Below are positions 24,657-34,506 of a DNA stretch of 64,000 bases, piece by piece. Each line of letters begins with the position of its first letter. The first letter of the stretch is position 1. Origin of the DNA: an uncultured Deinococcaceae bacterium (GTDB lineage Bacteria; Deinococcota; Deinococci; Deinococcales; Deinococcaceae); contig CAXULY010000007.1 in assembly GCA_964252075.1 (NCBI GenBank), forward strand, positions 131,372-195,371, read 5' to 3'. The notes beneath the pieces were generated by a model. The model had not been told where the DNA came from, did not search any database, and worked only from the letters and a program-made list of their open reading frames with translations. A program made the position numbers and the translations under genes.

Positions 24657-24684
24657 GCCCCGCCCGCCGGGCGGCGGGCGGGGC
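24657..24684 (-). promoter_or_regulatory. intercistronic 12-bp GC hairpin (GCCCCGCCCGCC-gggc-GGCGGGCGGGGC) between substrate-binding-protein and permease genes
   Basis: Perfect stem read directly. Sits between the SBP stop and the permease RBS. Confidence 0.5.
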
Positions 24685-24708
24685 AGGGTGAAGCTCAGTG
24701 CCAGCGGC

Positions 24709-25803
24709 TTACTGACCGAGTTTCGCGGCCCACTGGGCCTTCAGCACGTCCTGCGCCTTCTTGACCTGCGCGGGCGTCGCGAACTTCACGTTCTGATACA
24801 CGCTGGCGTCCGGGAGTTGCGCGAGCAGGCTCTGCGGAATCACGCCGCGCTTCACCATGTCGTTGAAGCGGATGGGGTGCGCGTAACCTTTCAGGAACAT
24901 CAGCTGCCCAGCGTCACTCGTGATGTATTCCTGCCAGAGCTTTGCGGCGGCGGCGTTGGGGCCACTGGTGTTGATGGCGCTGGCGTAGTGGCTGCCGTAC
25001 ACGCCGTCGCTGGGCACCACGGTCGTCCACTCCACCTTGCCCGCGAACTGCTTGCTGTACCCGAGGTTCAGGTAGTCCCAGTCCACGGTGATGGGCGTCT
25101 GGCCGGTCTGCACGGTGGCGGGCGTGGCGTCCACGGGGATGTAGTTGCCGAGCTTCTTGAGCTTCGCGAAGTAATCGATGCCCGGCTGGATGTTGTCGAG
25201 CGACCCGCCGTTCGCGAGCGCCGCCGCCCACACCGCGCTGAAGGCCGCCTGCGCGCTGAGGGGGCTGCCGTTCAGGGCGATCTGGCCCTTGTACTCGGGC
25301 TTCGCGAGGTCCGCCCAGGTCTTCGGGGCGTTCTTCACCACGCTCTTGTTCACCCCAAACGAGATCACGCCGAAGTAGTTGCCCACCCAGTACCCGTTGG
25401 GGTCCTTGGCGCTCGCGGGGATGCTCCCCCAGGTGCTGGGCTTGTACGCCGTGAAGAGCTTCTCGCCCGCGCCCTGGATGGCGAAGGCGGGGCCCACGTC
25501 CAGCACGTCCGGCGCGCGGCCCTGGCCCTTCAGGGAGCGCACGGCCTGCAGTTCCTCGGCGCTCGACGCGTTCGGGCTGGCGTTGGTGATCTTCAGGCCG
25601 TAGGTCTTCTGGAAGCTGTCCATGATCTCGCCGTAGTTCGCCCAGTCGGGCGGCAGCGCGATGGTGTTCAGGCCGGTGTCCTTCTTCGCGGCGCTCACGA
25701 CGCTGGCGGGAATCGCGGGCGCGGAGCCCTGGGCGAGCGCGCACGCGGCGCCCGCGAGCAACAGCGCGCTGAGGCGGAACAGTCGAGGTGCAGTCTGGTT
25801 CAT
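24709..25803 (-). CDS. ABC importer periplasmic substrate-binding protein (family 1; iron(III)/polyamine-like)
   Basis: Signal peptide MNQTAPRLFRLSALLLAGAACALAQ then SBP fold. GAGGAG RBS. Confidence 0.85.
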   Translation of the reverse strand: MNQTAPRLFRLSALLLAGAACALAQGSAPAIPASVVSAAKKDTGLNTIALPPDWANYGEIMDSFQKTYGLKITNASPNASSAEELQAVRSLKGQGRAPDVLDVGPAFAIQGAGEKLFTAYKPSTWGSIPASAKDPNGYWVGNYFGVISFGVNKSVVKNAPKTWADLAKPEYKGQIALNGSPLSAQAAFSAVWAAALANGGSLDNIQPGIDYFAKLKKLGNYIPVDATPATVQTGQTPITVDWDYLNLGYSKQFAGKVEWTTVVPSDGVYGSHYASAINTSGPNAAAAKLWQEYITSDAGQLMFLKGYAHPIRFNDMVKRGVIPQSLLAQLPDASVYQNVKFATPAQVKKAQDVLKAQWAAKLGQ

Positions 25804-25957
25804 GGTCATCTCCTCAAGACTTGCTGAAACAAAAACCAGTGTTGGGGCGTTTCGTGATGGCCGTGTCATCCCGCCGCCATGCGCGGATGAGACCGCAGCG
25901 CCACGCCCAGCGCCTTCCCTCGGATGCGCGTGATGAGGAATGTTAGACTTGCGCTCG

Positions 25958-26614
<657 letters not shown>

Positions 26615-26627
26615 GGGGAGGCGCTCG

Positions 26628-27347
26628 ATGAGCGTGCGCCTGCGGGTGGACCTGCTGCCGCACGGCGTGTATCCGGACACCGTGATCGTCATTGACGTGT
26701 TGCGCGCCACCACCACCGCCGTGACCTACCTGGAGCGCGGCGCGGACGCCCTGCTGCTCACCCGCGACCCGGAGCGCGCGCTGGCCCTGAGGGGCGAGAA
26801 CACCCTGCTGGGCGGCGAGCGCGGCGGGCTGGCCATGCCGGGCTTCGACTTCGGGAACAGCCCGGTGGAGGCGGCGACCCACAACTTCACGGGCAAGACG
26901 GTCGTCATGAACACCACCAACGGCACGGGCGCGGCGTTCCTGGCGGGGCAGAGCGGCAAACACGTGCTGCTCGCCGCGCTCGTGAACGCGCACGCCGCCG
27001 CGCGCCGCGCCCGCGCCCTCGCGGTCGAAGAGATTGCGCTCGTGTGCTCCGGCAACGACGGGCGGGTGGGCCTGGACGACGTGTACGCGGCGGGCGTGCT
27101 GGCCGAGTACCTGCTCAGCATGGGCGAGTACGTGGTGGACGACGGCGCCCGCCTCGCGCTCACCCTGCGCCGCAACACCAGCGACCCCATCGAGGCGCTG
27201 TCCAGCAGCAGCCACGGCATCACCCTGGAGCGCCTGGGCCTGGGCGAGGATGTGCGCTACTGTGCACGCATCTCGCAGAGCACACTGGTGCCTGTCATGA
27301 CCAGCGCACAAGACGTGGAAGGCGCCTTGCGCTTCGTGGCGGGCTGA
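26628..27347 (+). CDS. 2-phosphosulfolactate phosphatase (ComB) family protein
   Basis: [10 protein letters not shown]...NTTNGT motif pattern, about 239 aa. Confidence 0.75.
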   Translation: MSVRLRVDLLPHGVYPDTVIVIDVLRATTTAVTYLERGADALLLTRDPERALALRGENTLLGGERGGLAMPGFDFGNSPVEAATHNFTGKTVVMNTTNGTGAAFLAGQSGKHVLLAALVNAHAAARRARALAVEEIALVCSGNDGRVGLDDVYAAGVLAEYLLSMGEYVVDDGARLALTLRRNTSDPIEALSSSSHGITLERLGLGEDVRYCARISQSTLVPVMTSAQDVEGALRFVAG

Positions 27348-28096
27348 AGCGAAACTCGCGTTCAGGAACGCTGTGATGCTGCACACGAGTGCCCCGCTGA
27401 GGGGGAGGTCGCTGTGCGCACAGGTGGCGGCGTTACTTGCTGGACCCCTGGACCTGTCCACCAACACGTGGCGCATACCGGCACAATCAGCAGTTGCGCG
27501 GTGGAGCACATGGCTTTGATGGTCTGCGCGTCCCGTTCTCGCTGCACGATCAGAATAGACCGCCAGAGGGATTGGACGAGGTGCGTGGGGCGCCCTCAGC
27601 CCCGCGCCCGTCTCGCCGCGCAGCACGGCGTCCAGAATCCGGCCGCTGTACCGATAATGCGCCCCGAGGTCCCGCCACGCCCAAAGCCACGCGCGCGCAA
27701 CGCCGTTATTTTAAGGGCGCTGCCGGGAACATACGGAGTGGTGTGCTTCCACGCCGTTTTTAACCGAGCACAAGGGCGCGATGTCAGCGTCTCTATGCTG
27801 TCCCCGAGCTTGCGGCACGAGCCCATGGCGATGTCCAGCGCGACTGCCGTTCCGGTCAATCTCGCTGCTGCCCAAGACGATTATCACAGCTGCGTATTTC
27901 ACGGCCCAGGAGCGTGGCAGGGTGTCGCGCAGGCCCGTATCACCGCCAAAAATGTCACCTCCTGCAGGGCACGTGGAATACATTTCATGCTGTTTCCGCG
28001 ACGAGCATGTGACCAGCAACGTGCGGGGAGCCCTTATTTACCGTGCGGCGTACCAACTGCATTTTTCACTCAGTGTTCACGATATGATCAGCTTCT
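27348..28096. other. about 750-bp non-coding island with markedly lower GC (about 55-58%) and no credible ORF. Its 3' end carries a TATGAT -10 box 8 nt before the hydrolase ATG.
   Basis: All six frames give only short or low-complexity ORFs without RBS. Composition differs from flanks. Confidence 0.4.
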
Positions 28097-28813
28097 ATGC
28101 CTTTCCCCGTTGTGCTGCTGCACGGTGCGCTGGGCAGCGAAGCCGATCTGGCGCCGCTGCAGCAGGCACTGGGCACCCTCGTACCCGTGATCGCCCTGAA
28201 CCTGAGCGGGCACGGCGGTCGTCCGCTGCCCACCCGTCTGTCCATGGTGGAGTGGGCGGCGGACGTGCTTACGCAGCTGGACACGCTGGGTGTGCGGCGC
28301 GCAGCGTTTGCCGGGTACAGTCTCGGCGGGTACCTCGCGCTGTACCTCGCCCGCCACCACCCGGAGCGGGTGGTGGGCGTCATGACGCTTGCCACGAAAG
28401 TGGTGTTCGATGAGCGCACGGGCCGCACACTCGCACATCTTGCGGATCCGCTGCGTGTCGCCAGCAGGGCGCCAGAGCTGAGCACCCACTTCGCGCAGGT
28501 GCACGCGCCACAGGACTGGACGTGCGTGGCGCAGGCGAACAGGCAGCTGTTCCTTGATCTGGCCGAGTCGCCTGCCCTTACGGATGACGACCTACGCGCC
28601 ATCCGGTGTCCGGCGCTGGTGGTGTCGGGAGCCCAGGACCAGATCGTGTCCGCGCAGGAGACCGAGCGCCTCGCGCACCTGCTGACGGATGGGCGGCTGC
28701 TGCTGTTTCGGGGCCAGGCACACCCGCTCGGCGTGGTGCCCCTCCAGAGTCTGGAGCCGCACCTCCGCTCCTGGCTGGTGGAGGTGCGAGCAATTTCGGC
28801 TCGTGCGGAGTGA
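28097..28813 (+). CDS. alpha/beta-hydrolase fold protein
   Basis: VVLLHGALGS...GYSLGG nucleophile elbow. Probably leaderless. Confidence 0.8.
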   Translation: MPFPVVLLHGALGSEADLAPLQQALGTLVPVIALNLSGHGGRPLPTRLSMVEWAADVLTQLDTLGVRRAAFAGYSLGGYLALYLARHHPERVVGVMTLATKVVFDERTGRTLAHLADPLRVASRAPELSTHFAQVHAPQDWTCVAQANRQLFLDLAESPALTDDDLRAIRCPALVVSGAQDQIVSAQETERLAHLLTDGRLLLFRGQAHPLGVVPLQSLEPHLRSWLVEVRAISARAE

Positions 28814-28861
28814 GGTGCGGCGGGGGTGAGGACCGCGAGCTCACCCCCGCCGCCCGGTTCC

Positions 28862-30163
28862 TCACGTGCGGGTGCTGTCCTCACCGCGCACGATCCATTT
28901 GGGGCTGGTGAGTTCGCGCAGGCCGAGCGGGCCGCGCGCGTGGAGTTTCTGGGTGCTGACCGCGACCTCGGCGCCCAGGCCCAGTTGGCCGCCGTCGTTG
29001 AAGCGGGTGCTGGCGTTCACCATGATCACGCCCGCGTCCACTTCCGCCGTGAAGCGCTCCGCTTGCGCGGCGTCGCGGGTGAGGATGGCTTCGGTGTGCC
29101 CGCTGCCGTGGTCGAAGATGTGCGCGAGCGCCGCGTCGAAGTTCTGCACGACGCGCACGGCGAGGGTGAGGGACAGGAACTCGGTGTCGTAGTCCTCGGT
29201 CTGCGCGGGCGTGACGGGCAGGGCGGCGGCCTCCAGGATGGTCTGGCCGGCCTCGTCGGCGCGCAGTTCGACGCCCGCCGCGCTGAGATCGGCGGCGATG
29301 ACGGGCAGGGCTTTGGCGGCGACCGCGCTGTGGATCAGCAGGGTGTCGAGGGCGTTGCAGGCGCTGGGTTTCTGCACCTTGCTGTTGTGAATGACGCGCG
29401 CTGCCGACGTGAGGTCGGCAGGGTCCAGGGCGTGGCTGGCGTCAAGGTACAGGTGCACGACGCCCACGCCGCCCGTGATGACGGGCACGGTGGCGTTTTC
29501 GAGGCACAGGCGGTGCAGGGCCGCGCCGCCGCGCGGGATGATGGCGTCCACGTGCGTGTCGAGGCGCAGGAGTTCCAGCACGCGCTCGCGGCTGGGGTCC
29601 GTGATGACCTGCACGGCGTCCTGCGGCACGCCGGTTTCCGCGAGGGCGGCGCGCAGGGCGTGGGCGAGCGCGGCGTTGCTGTGCGTGGTTTCCTTGCCGC
29701 CGCGCAGGATGGCGGCGTTCCCGGATTTCAGGGCGAGCGCCGCGATGTCCACCGTGACGTTCGGGCGGGATTCGTACACCACGCCGATCACGCCGAGGGG
29801 CGCGCGGCGGCGCTCCACGCGCAGGCCGCCGGGCAGGGTGCGCGCCTCGACGGTCTCCCCCACCGGGTCGGGCAGCGCCGCGACGGCTTCCACGTCGCGC
29901 GCGATGGCTTCGAGGCGCGCGTCGTCCAGGCGCAGGCGGTCAATCATGTGGTCGGGGAGGCCGCTGCTGCGGGCGGCCTGCACGTCCTGCGCGTTCGCGG
30001 TGAGGATGGCGCCCGCATGCGGGCGCAGGGCGGCGGCCATGGCGGTCAGCGCGCGGTTCTTGTCGGCTTCCGGCAGGGCCGCGAGGCTGCGGCTCGCCCG
30101 GCGCGCGCGTTCGCCCAGCGCCCGCACGCTCAGGGCGGCCTCGGGAGGGTCGGTGGCGGTCAT
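28862..30163 (-). CDS. proA: glutamate-5-semialdehyde dehydrogenase
   Basis: 433 aa, GPR family motifs (VIGVVYESRPNVTVD, NASTRFNDG). Confidence 0.95.
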   Translation of the reverse strand: MTATDPPEAALSVRALGERARRASRSLAALPEADKNRALTAMAAALRPHAGAILTANAQDVQAARSSGLPDHMIDRLRLDDARLEAIARDVEAVAALPDPVGETVEARTLPGGLRVERRRAPLGVIGVVYESRPNVTVDIAALALKSGNAAILRGGKETTHSNAALAHALRAALAETGVPQDAVQVITDPSRERVLELLRLDTHVDAIIPRGGAALHRLCLENATVPVITGGVGVVHLYLDASHALDPADLTSAARVIHNSKVQKPSACNALDTLLIHSAVAAKALPVIAADLSAAGVELRADEAGQTILEAAALPVTPAQTEDYDTEFLSLTLAVRVVQNFDAALAHIFDHGSGHTEAILTRDAAQAERFTAEVDAGVIMVNASTRFNDGGQLGLGAEVAVSTQKLHARGPLGLRELTSPKWIVRGEDSTRT

Positions 30164-30206
30164 GCGGTCAGCGTAGCAGCGCCCCGCGGCGCGGCGGGAC
30201 GGGCGT

Positions 30207-31313
30207 CTACATCAGGATGAGGTCGTCGCGGTGCACGACTTCCGGGCCGTACTCGTAGCCGAGCAGGTCGCGGATCTGGCTGGAGTGGTGGCCTTGGATG
30301 ACGCGCAGGTCGTCCGCGCGGTAGCGGCTCAGGCCGCGCGCGACCTCGGCGCCCGCCTCGCTGTACAGGCGGATGGTGGCGCCGCGCTCGAAGTCGCCCG
30401 CGACCGTCCGCACGCCGACGGGCAGCACGCTGCCGCCGCGCTCACGCAACGCGCGCACCGCGCCGTCGTCGAGGGTGAGGCGGCTGTTCGAGGCGACTTC
30501 GGAGAGGATCCAGCGTTTGCGGGCCTCCAGGTGCCCGCCGCTCGCGAGGAATCGCGTGCCGAGCGCCTCGCCCGCCGTGACGCGCAGGATGGCGTCGGGC
30601 GTCTCGCCGCTCACCACGACGACGGGCGTGCCCGCGCGTGTGGCGATGGCGGCCGCGCCGATCTTGGTGCGCATGCCGCCCGTGCCGCGGTGCGTGCCCG
30701 CGCCGCCCGCGAGCGCCCACACGCCCTCGTCGATGCGCTCCACGACGGGGATGAGGGTCGCGTCGGGGTGCATGCGGGGGTCGGCGGTGTACAGGCCGGG
30801 CGCGTCCGTCAGGATGATGAGCAGGTCGGCGTCCGTGAGGCCCGCGACGAGGGCGCTGAGGGTGTCGTTGTCGCCCACCTTGATTTCATCGACGGCGACC
30901 ACGTCGTTCTCGTTCACGATGGGCAGCACGCGGTGCGCGAGGCAGCCGAGGAAGGTCTCGCGGGCGTTCAGGTAGCGGGTGCGGTCGCGGAAGTCGCTGG
31001 CGGTGAGGAGGGTCTGCGCGACCTGCACGCCGTACAGCTCCGCGAGGGTGGTGTAGAGGCCCATCAGGCGGCCCTGCCCGACGGCGGCAAGCAGTTGCTT
31101 CTCCGCGAGGGTGCGTTTGCGGGGCGGGAAGCCGAGCGCCTCCCAGCCCGCCATGACGGCGCCGCTGCTGACCAGCACCGCCTGCGTGCCGCCCGCCATG
31201 AGGGCGCACAGCTGCCGCACGAGGTCCACGACGCGCGGGCGGTGCAGGCGGTCGGTGCCGCCGGAGAGCACGCTGGAACCGACCTTCACGACGACGCGGC
31301 GCGGCACGGACAT
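30207..31313 (-). CDS. proB: glutamate 5-kinase
   Basis: VVVKVGSSVL... AAK family plus PUA C-terminus. ATG 31311-31313. Confidence 0.95.
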   Translation of the reverse strand: MSVPRRVVVKVGSSVLSGGTDRLHRPRVVDLVRQLCALMAGGTQAVLVSSGAVMAGWEALGFPPRKRTLAEKQLLAAVGQGRLMGLYTTLAELYGVQVAQTLLTASDFRDRTRYLNARETFLGCLAHRVLPIVNENDVVAVDEIKVGDNDTLSALVAGLTDADLLIILTDAPGLYTADPRMHPDATLIPVVERIDEGVWALAGGAGTHRGTGGMRTKIGAAAIATRAGTPVVVVSGETPDAILRVTAGEALGTRFLASGGHLEARKRWILSEVASNSRLTLDDGAVRALRERGGSVLPVGVRTVAGDFERGATIRLYSEAGAEVARGLSRYRADDLRVIQGHHSSQIRDLLGYEYGPEVVHRDDLILM

Positions 31314-31345
31314 GCCGCACAGCGTAGCGTGCCCGCGCGGGCGCT

Positions 31346-32047
31346 TCAGCGGCTCGTCTGGCCTGCGGGGGGCGTGCCGGTGAGCGCGCGGGTGAGCTCG
31401 GGGCTGAGGGGGTGGCGGGCGGTGGGGAGCGGCCAGAGGCGCAGCGCCGGGCTGCGCCAGTCCGGGCCGAAGGCGCACAGCGCGACGGCGCTCAGGCGGT
31501 GGCGCCCGCGCAGGTACGCGCGCAGGGCGTCCGTGGGGGCGTGCGCCTGCGCGTCCAGCAGGTGCAGGGCGCGGGGCACGAGGGCCTCTTGCCCCGCGAG
31601 GTCCGGGACGACCACCGCCAGGACGTTCATGCCGCTCGACGGGAACTGGTGGATCTTGTCCTGCAGGGTGCGCGCGAGGCGCGGTGCGGCGTCCGGGACG
31701 CCGTCCGGGAGGCGCAGGCGCGTGGCCTCCAGGTTGAAGGGGTGCTGCGTGCGGAACCGCACCTGGAAGTCCGGGCTGCGCCCGCCGCCCGCGCGGAGTG
31801 CCTCGTACTGCACCGCGAAGCGCCGGTCGCGCAGCAGGAGCGCCGCGACGGCCAGTTCGGCCAGCAGGTCGTTCAGGTCGTCGGGGTGCGTGGCGAGGCG
31901 GGCCTTCTTGCGGATCTTGCTGGCGTGCTGCTCCGCGAACGTCAGGAAGGCGCGCGAGTCGCCGATCCAGTGGCGCAGGAGCGGCGCCAGTGGGGGCGCC
32001 GCTCCTGCGGTGAGGTCCTGGATGAGCTGGTCGAGGCGTGCGGTCAT
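31346..32047 (-). CDS. hypothetical protein (no recognisable family)
   Basis: 233-aa ORF tightly packed between padR and proB on the same strand, high GC3. Confidence 0.5.
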   Translation of the reverse strand: MTARLDQLIQDLTAGAAPPLAPLLRHWIGDSRAFLTFAEQHASKIRKKARLATHPDDLNDLLAELAVAALLLRDRRFAVQYEALRAGGGRSPDFQVRFRTQHPFNLEATRLRLPDGVPDAAPRLARTLQDKIHQFPSSGMNVLAVVVPDLAGQEALVPRALHLLDAQAHAPTDALRAYLRGRHRLSAVALCAFGPDWRSPALRLWPLPTARHPLSPELTRALTGTPPAGQTSR

Positions 32048-32081
32048 GGCGGGGGAGCGGGCGGGCGCCCGCTCTCCTGTC

Positions 32082-32688
32082 TTACTCCTCTGCCAGGAGC
32101 TTGTACAGCGCCTTGCGGGCGTTCGTGAGGATGTCCTGCGCGGCGCGGCGCTGCTCGGGCGTGCCGACCTGCGCGACCTGCCGGGCGGCGCCCATGAGGC
32201 CCTGCACGGTGGTCATGAGGCCGCGCAGGTCCTCGCCCGCCTCTTCCCCGGTCTTCCAGGGTTCCTTCAGTTCGTCCGCGTGCTCGCGCACGTGGGTCTG
32301 GCCGGCGTCGCTGAGGGTGTAGGCGCGCTTGCTGCCGTCGGTGGTGGGCTGGATGAGGCCCTCGTCCTCCAGGAGTTGCAGGGCGGGGTACACGGCGCCG
32401 CTGCTGGGCTGCCACACGCCGCCGCTGCGCTCGCTGATGGCCTGGATGAGGCCGTAGCCGTTCATGGGCGCCTCGGCGAGCAGGGCGAGGATGGCGGCGC
32501 GCAGGTTGCCGGGGCGGGCGCGGTGGCCGCGGGCCCGCATGAATTCCCTGAGGGGGTGGCCGTCGGGGCCGAGGAAGGCCTCGCGGGGGTCGCGGGGCCC
32601 CCTCGGGCGGTGGTCGAAGTGGCGGGAGTCGGGGCCGAAGTCGCGGCGGGGGCCGAAGGTGTGCATGTTCGTGAATCGTGGACGCATA
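32082..32688 (-). CDS. PadR family transcriptional regulator with basic N-terminal extension
   Basis: Winged-helix core LRAAILALLAEAPMNGYGLIQAISERSGGVWQPSSGAVYPALQLLEDEGLI. AAAGGAGG RBS before ATG 32686-32688. Confidence 0.8.
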
Positions 32689-32710
32689 TGCGCCTCCTTT
32701 CGATGCATCT

Positions 32711-32740
32711 ACGTTACTTCTTAGATATATCTATTGTCAA
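32711..32740 (-). promoter_or_regulatory. sigma70-like promoter for padR (TTGACA-18 nt-TAACGT) with perfect 12-bp palindrome TAGATATATCTA in the spacer
   Basis: Read directly. AT-rich stretch unusual in this genome. Confidence 0.5.
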
Positions 32741-32793
32741 GCGGCCGCAGAAAGGCGGCCCTGCCGGGCCGCCCGCGCACACCCGCGCCTCGT

Positions 32794-33480
32794 CTACACG
32801 CTCAGTTCCCGCACCCCGTCCGGCGCGGCCACGAACGCCCGCTGCGCCATCCCCACGAACAAACCCGTCTCCACCACGCCCAGCGTGCCCTTCAGGGTCA
32901 CGGCCAGCGCCGTCGGGTCCGGCAGGTGCTCGAACCGCGCGTCATAGATGAAGTTCCCGTTGTCCGTCACGTACGGCTGCCCGCCCGCCATGCGCTGCGC
33001 GCCCGCCGCGCCGAGCGCCTGCAGCCGCGCCACGGTGCTCTCGTACCCGAAGCGCACGATCTCGACCGGCACGCCCGTCTTCTCGCCCAGGCGCGACACC
33101 AGCTTGGTGTGGTCCGCGACCACCACGAACTCCCGCGCCTGCACCTCCACCAGCTTCTCGCGCGTGAGCGCTCCACCCAATCCCTTGATGAGGTTCAGTT
33201 CCGGGTCGATCTCGTCCGCGCCGTCAATCGCGAGGTCCAGCGGGCGCGGATCGAGCGGCTCCACCGGGATGCCCAGCGCGCGCGCGAGGTCCGCGCTCGC
33301 CTCGCTCGTCGCGACGCCCACGATGCCCGGCACCTCCCCCGCCGCGAGCCTCCGCCCGATCTCCCGGATGGCGTGCGCGGACGTGCTGCCCGAACCCAGG
33401 CCCAGCCGCATGCCCGGCTGCACGAGCGCCGCGGCGCGCGCGGCGGCCAGCTGCTTCAGGGCCTCCAGGTCCTCAGGCAC
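32794..33480 (-). CDS. rpiA: ribose-5-phosphate isomerase A
   Basis: GLGSGST...KGLGGALTREK motifs. Confidence 0.9.
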   Translation of the reverse strand: MPEDLEALKQLAAARAAALVQPGMRLGLGSGSTSAHAIREIGRRLAAGEVPGIVGVATSEASADLARALGIPVEPLDPRPLDLAIDGADEIDPELNLIKGLGGALTREKLVEVQAREFVVVADHTKLVSRLGEKTGVPVEIVRFGYESTVARLQALGAAGAQRMAGGQPYVTDNGNFIYDARFEHLPDPTALAVTLKGTLGVVETGLFVGMAQRAFVAAPDGVRELSV

Positions 33481-33985
33481 GGGCGCCCCGGTCCGCCTCG
33501 ATGGCCTTCGCGACGGCGTCCGCGTGGCCGTCCACCTTCACGGCCCACCACGCGCGCACCAGCCGCCCGTCCGGCCCGATCAGGAAGGTCACGCGCTTCA
33601 CGCCCTCCGTGACCTTGCCGTACATGTTCTTCGTGCCCCACGCGCCCACCTCGCGCATGAAGCTCGCGTCCAGGTCGCTCGCGAGCGGGAAGGGCAGGCT
33701 GTACTTCTCCGTGAAGTCCGCGTGGCTCGCCGCGTCGTCGCGGCTCACGCCCAGCACCTTCGCCCCGTGCGCGCGCAGGGTCGCGTTGTCGCGGAAGTCG
33801 CACGCCTCCTTCGTGCAGCCAGGCGTGTCGTCCTTCGGGTACACGTACAGCACGAGGTACTGCCCCACGAAGTCCGCGAGGCGGTGCGTCACGCCGTCCG
33901 CACCGGCGAGGGCGAAATCCGGGAACGGCTGACCAGGCTGGAGTTTGGCGCCCTCGGCGGGCGGCGCGTCAGGGGAGTCCGTCAT
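33473..33985 (-). CDS. bcp: peroxiredoxin Bcp (thiol peroxidase)
   Basis: YPKDDTPGCTKEACDF active-site motif. Confidence 0.9.
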   Translation of the reverse strand: MTDSPDAPPAEGAKLQPGQPFPDFALAGADGVTHRLADFVGQYLVLYVYPKDDTPGCTKEACDFRDNATLRAHGAKVLGVSRDDAASHADFTEKYSLPFPLASDLDASFMREVGAWGTKNMYGKVTEGVKRVTFLIGPDGRLVRAWWAVKVDGHADAVAKAIEADRGARA

Positions 33986-34009
33986 GCGCCCACCATATAA
34001 GATCAGGGC

Positions 34010-34285
34010 GTGAGCGACCCGCCCCGCCCCGCGCCAGAACGTCCCACACGGGTCCTGCGCGTCGTGGCGACCGTCCTCATCGTGCTGGTGGGTGGCGCCG
34101 CCACGCTGGTGTGGCTGGACGTCGCGGTCATGGCGCTGGGGTTCAGTGGGGACCTGGTGACTGCCCCCGACCCGGCGGGCGAGGCGCGCCGCACCCTGCT
34201 GCTGGGCGGCGCAGGTCTCCTGATCCTGCTGGTGGTGGGGGGCCTGCTGCTGCTGACGTGGCGCGTGGGGCGGAGGCGCCCTTGA
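34010..34285 (+). CDS. small membrane protein (2 TM), uncharacterised
   Basis: 91 aa, GTG start, ends ...WRVGRRRP. Stop overlaps the next start (TTGA). Confidence 0.45.
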   Translation: MSDPPRPAPERPTRVLRVVATVLIVLVGGAATLVWLDVAVMALGFSGDLVTAPDPAGEARRTLLLGGAGLLILLVVGGLLLLTWRVGRRRP

Positions 34286-34506
34286 GCCGCACCAGTGCCT
34301 TGCTGGCCCGGCTGCTGGTCACCCTGGTGGTGCTGGCGACGGGGCTGGGGCTGGCGTACGTGGCGCTGCTGTTCTGGGCCTACAGCACCATGGGCGGACC
34401 CCACACGACCGGGCAGAACGCGCTGCTGGCGCTGGAACTGGCCGCCCTGACGACCCTGGCCGTCTGGCTGCTGTGGCGCACGTGGCGGCGCCCGCGCGCC
34501 TCATGA
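34282..34506 (+). CDS. small membrane protein (2 TM), paralogue of the preceding ORF
   Basis: About 74 aa from TTG. Same architecture and W-R-x-W-RRP tail. Stop overlaps the deoC ATG (ATGA). Confidence 0.4.
   Translation: MSRTSALLARLLVTLVVLATGLGLAYVALLFWAYSTMGGPHTTGQNALLALELAALTTLAVWLLWRTWRRPRAS

Noticed and set aside
27414-28190. 258-aa ORF in the low-GC island
   Set aside because: No RBS, Cys/Arg-rich nonsense composition. Overlaps the real hydrolase start out of frame.
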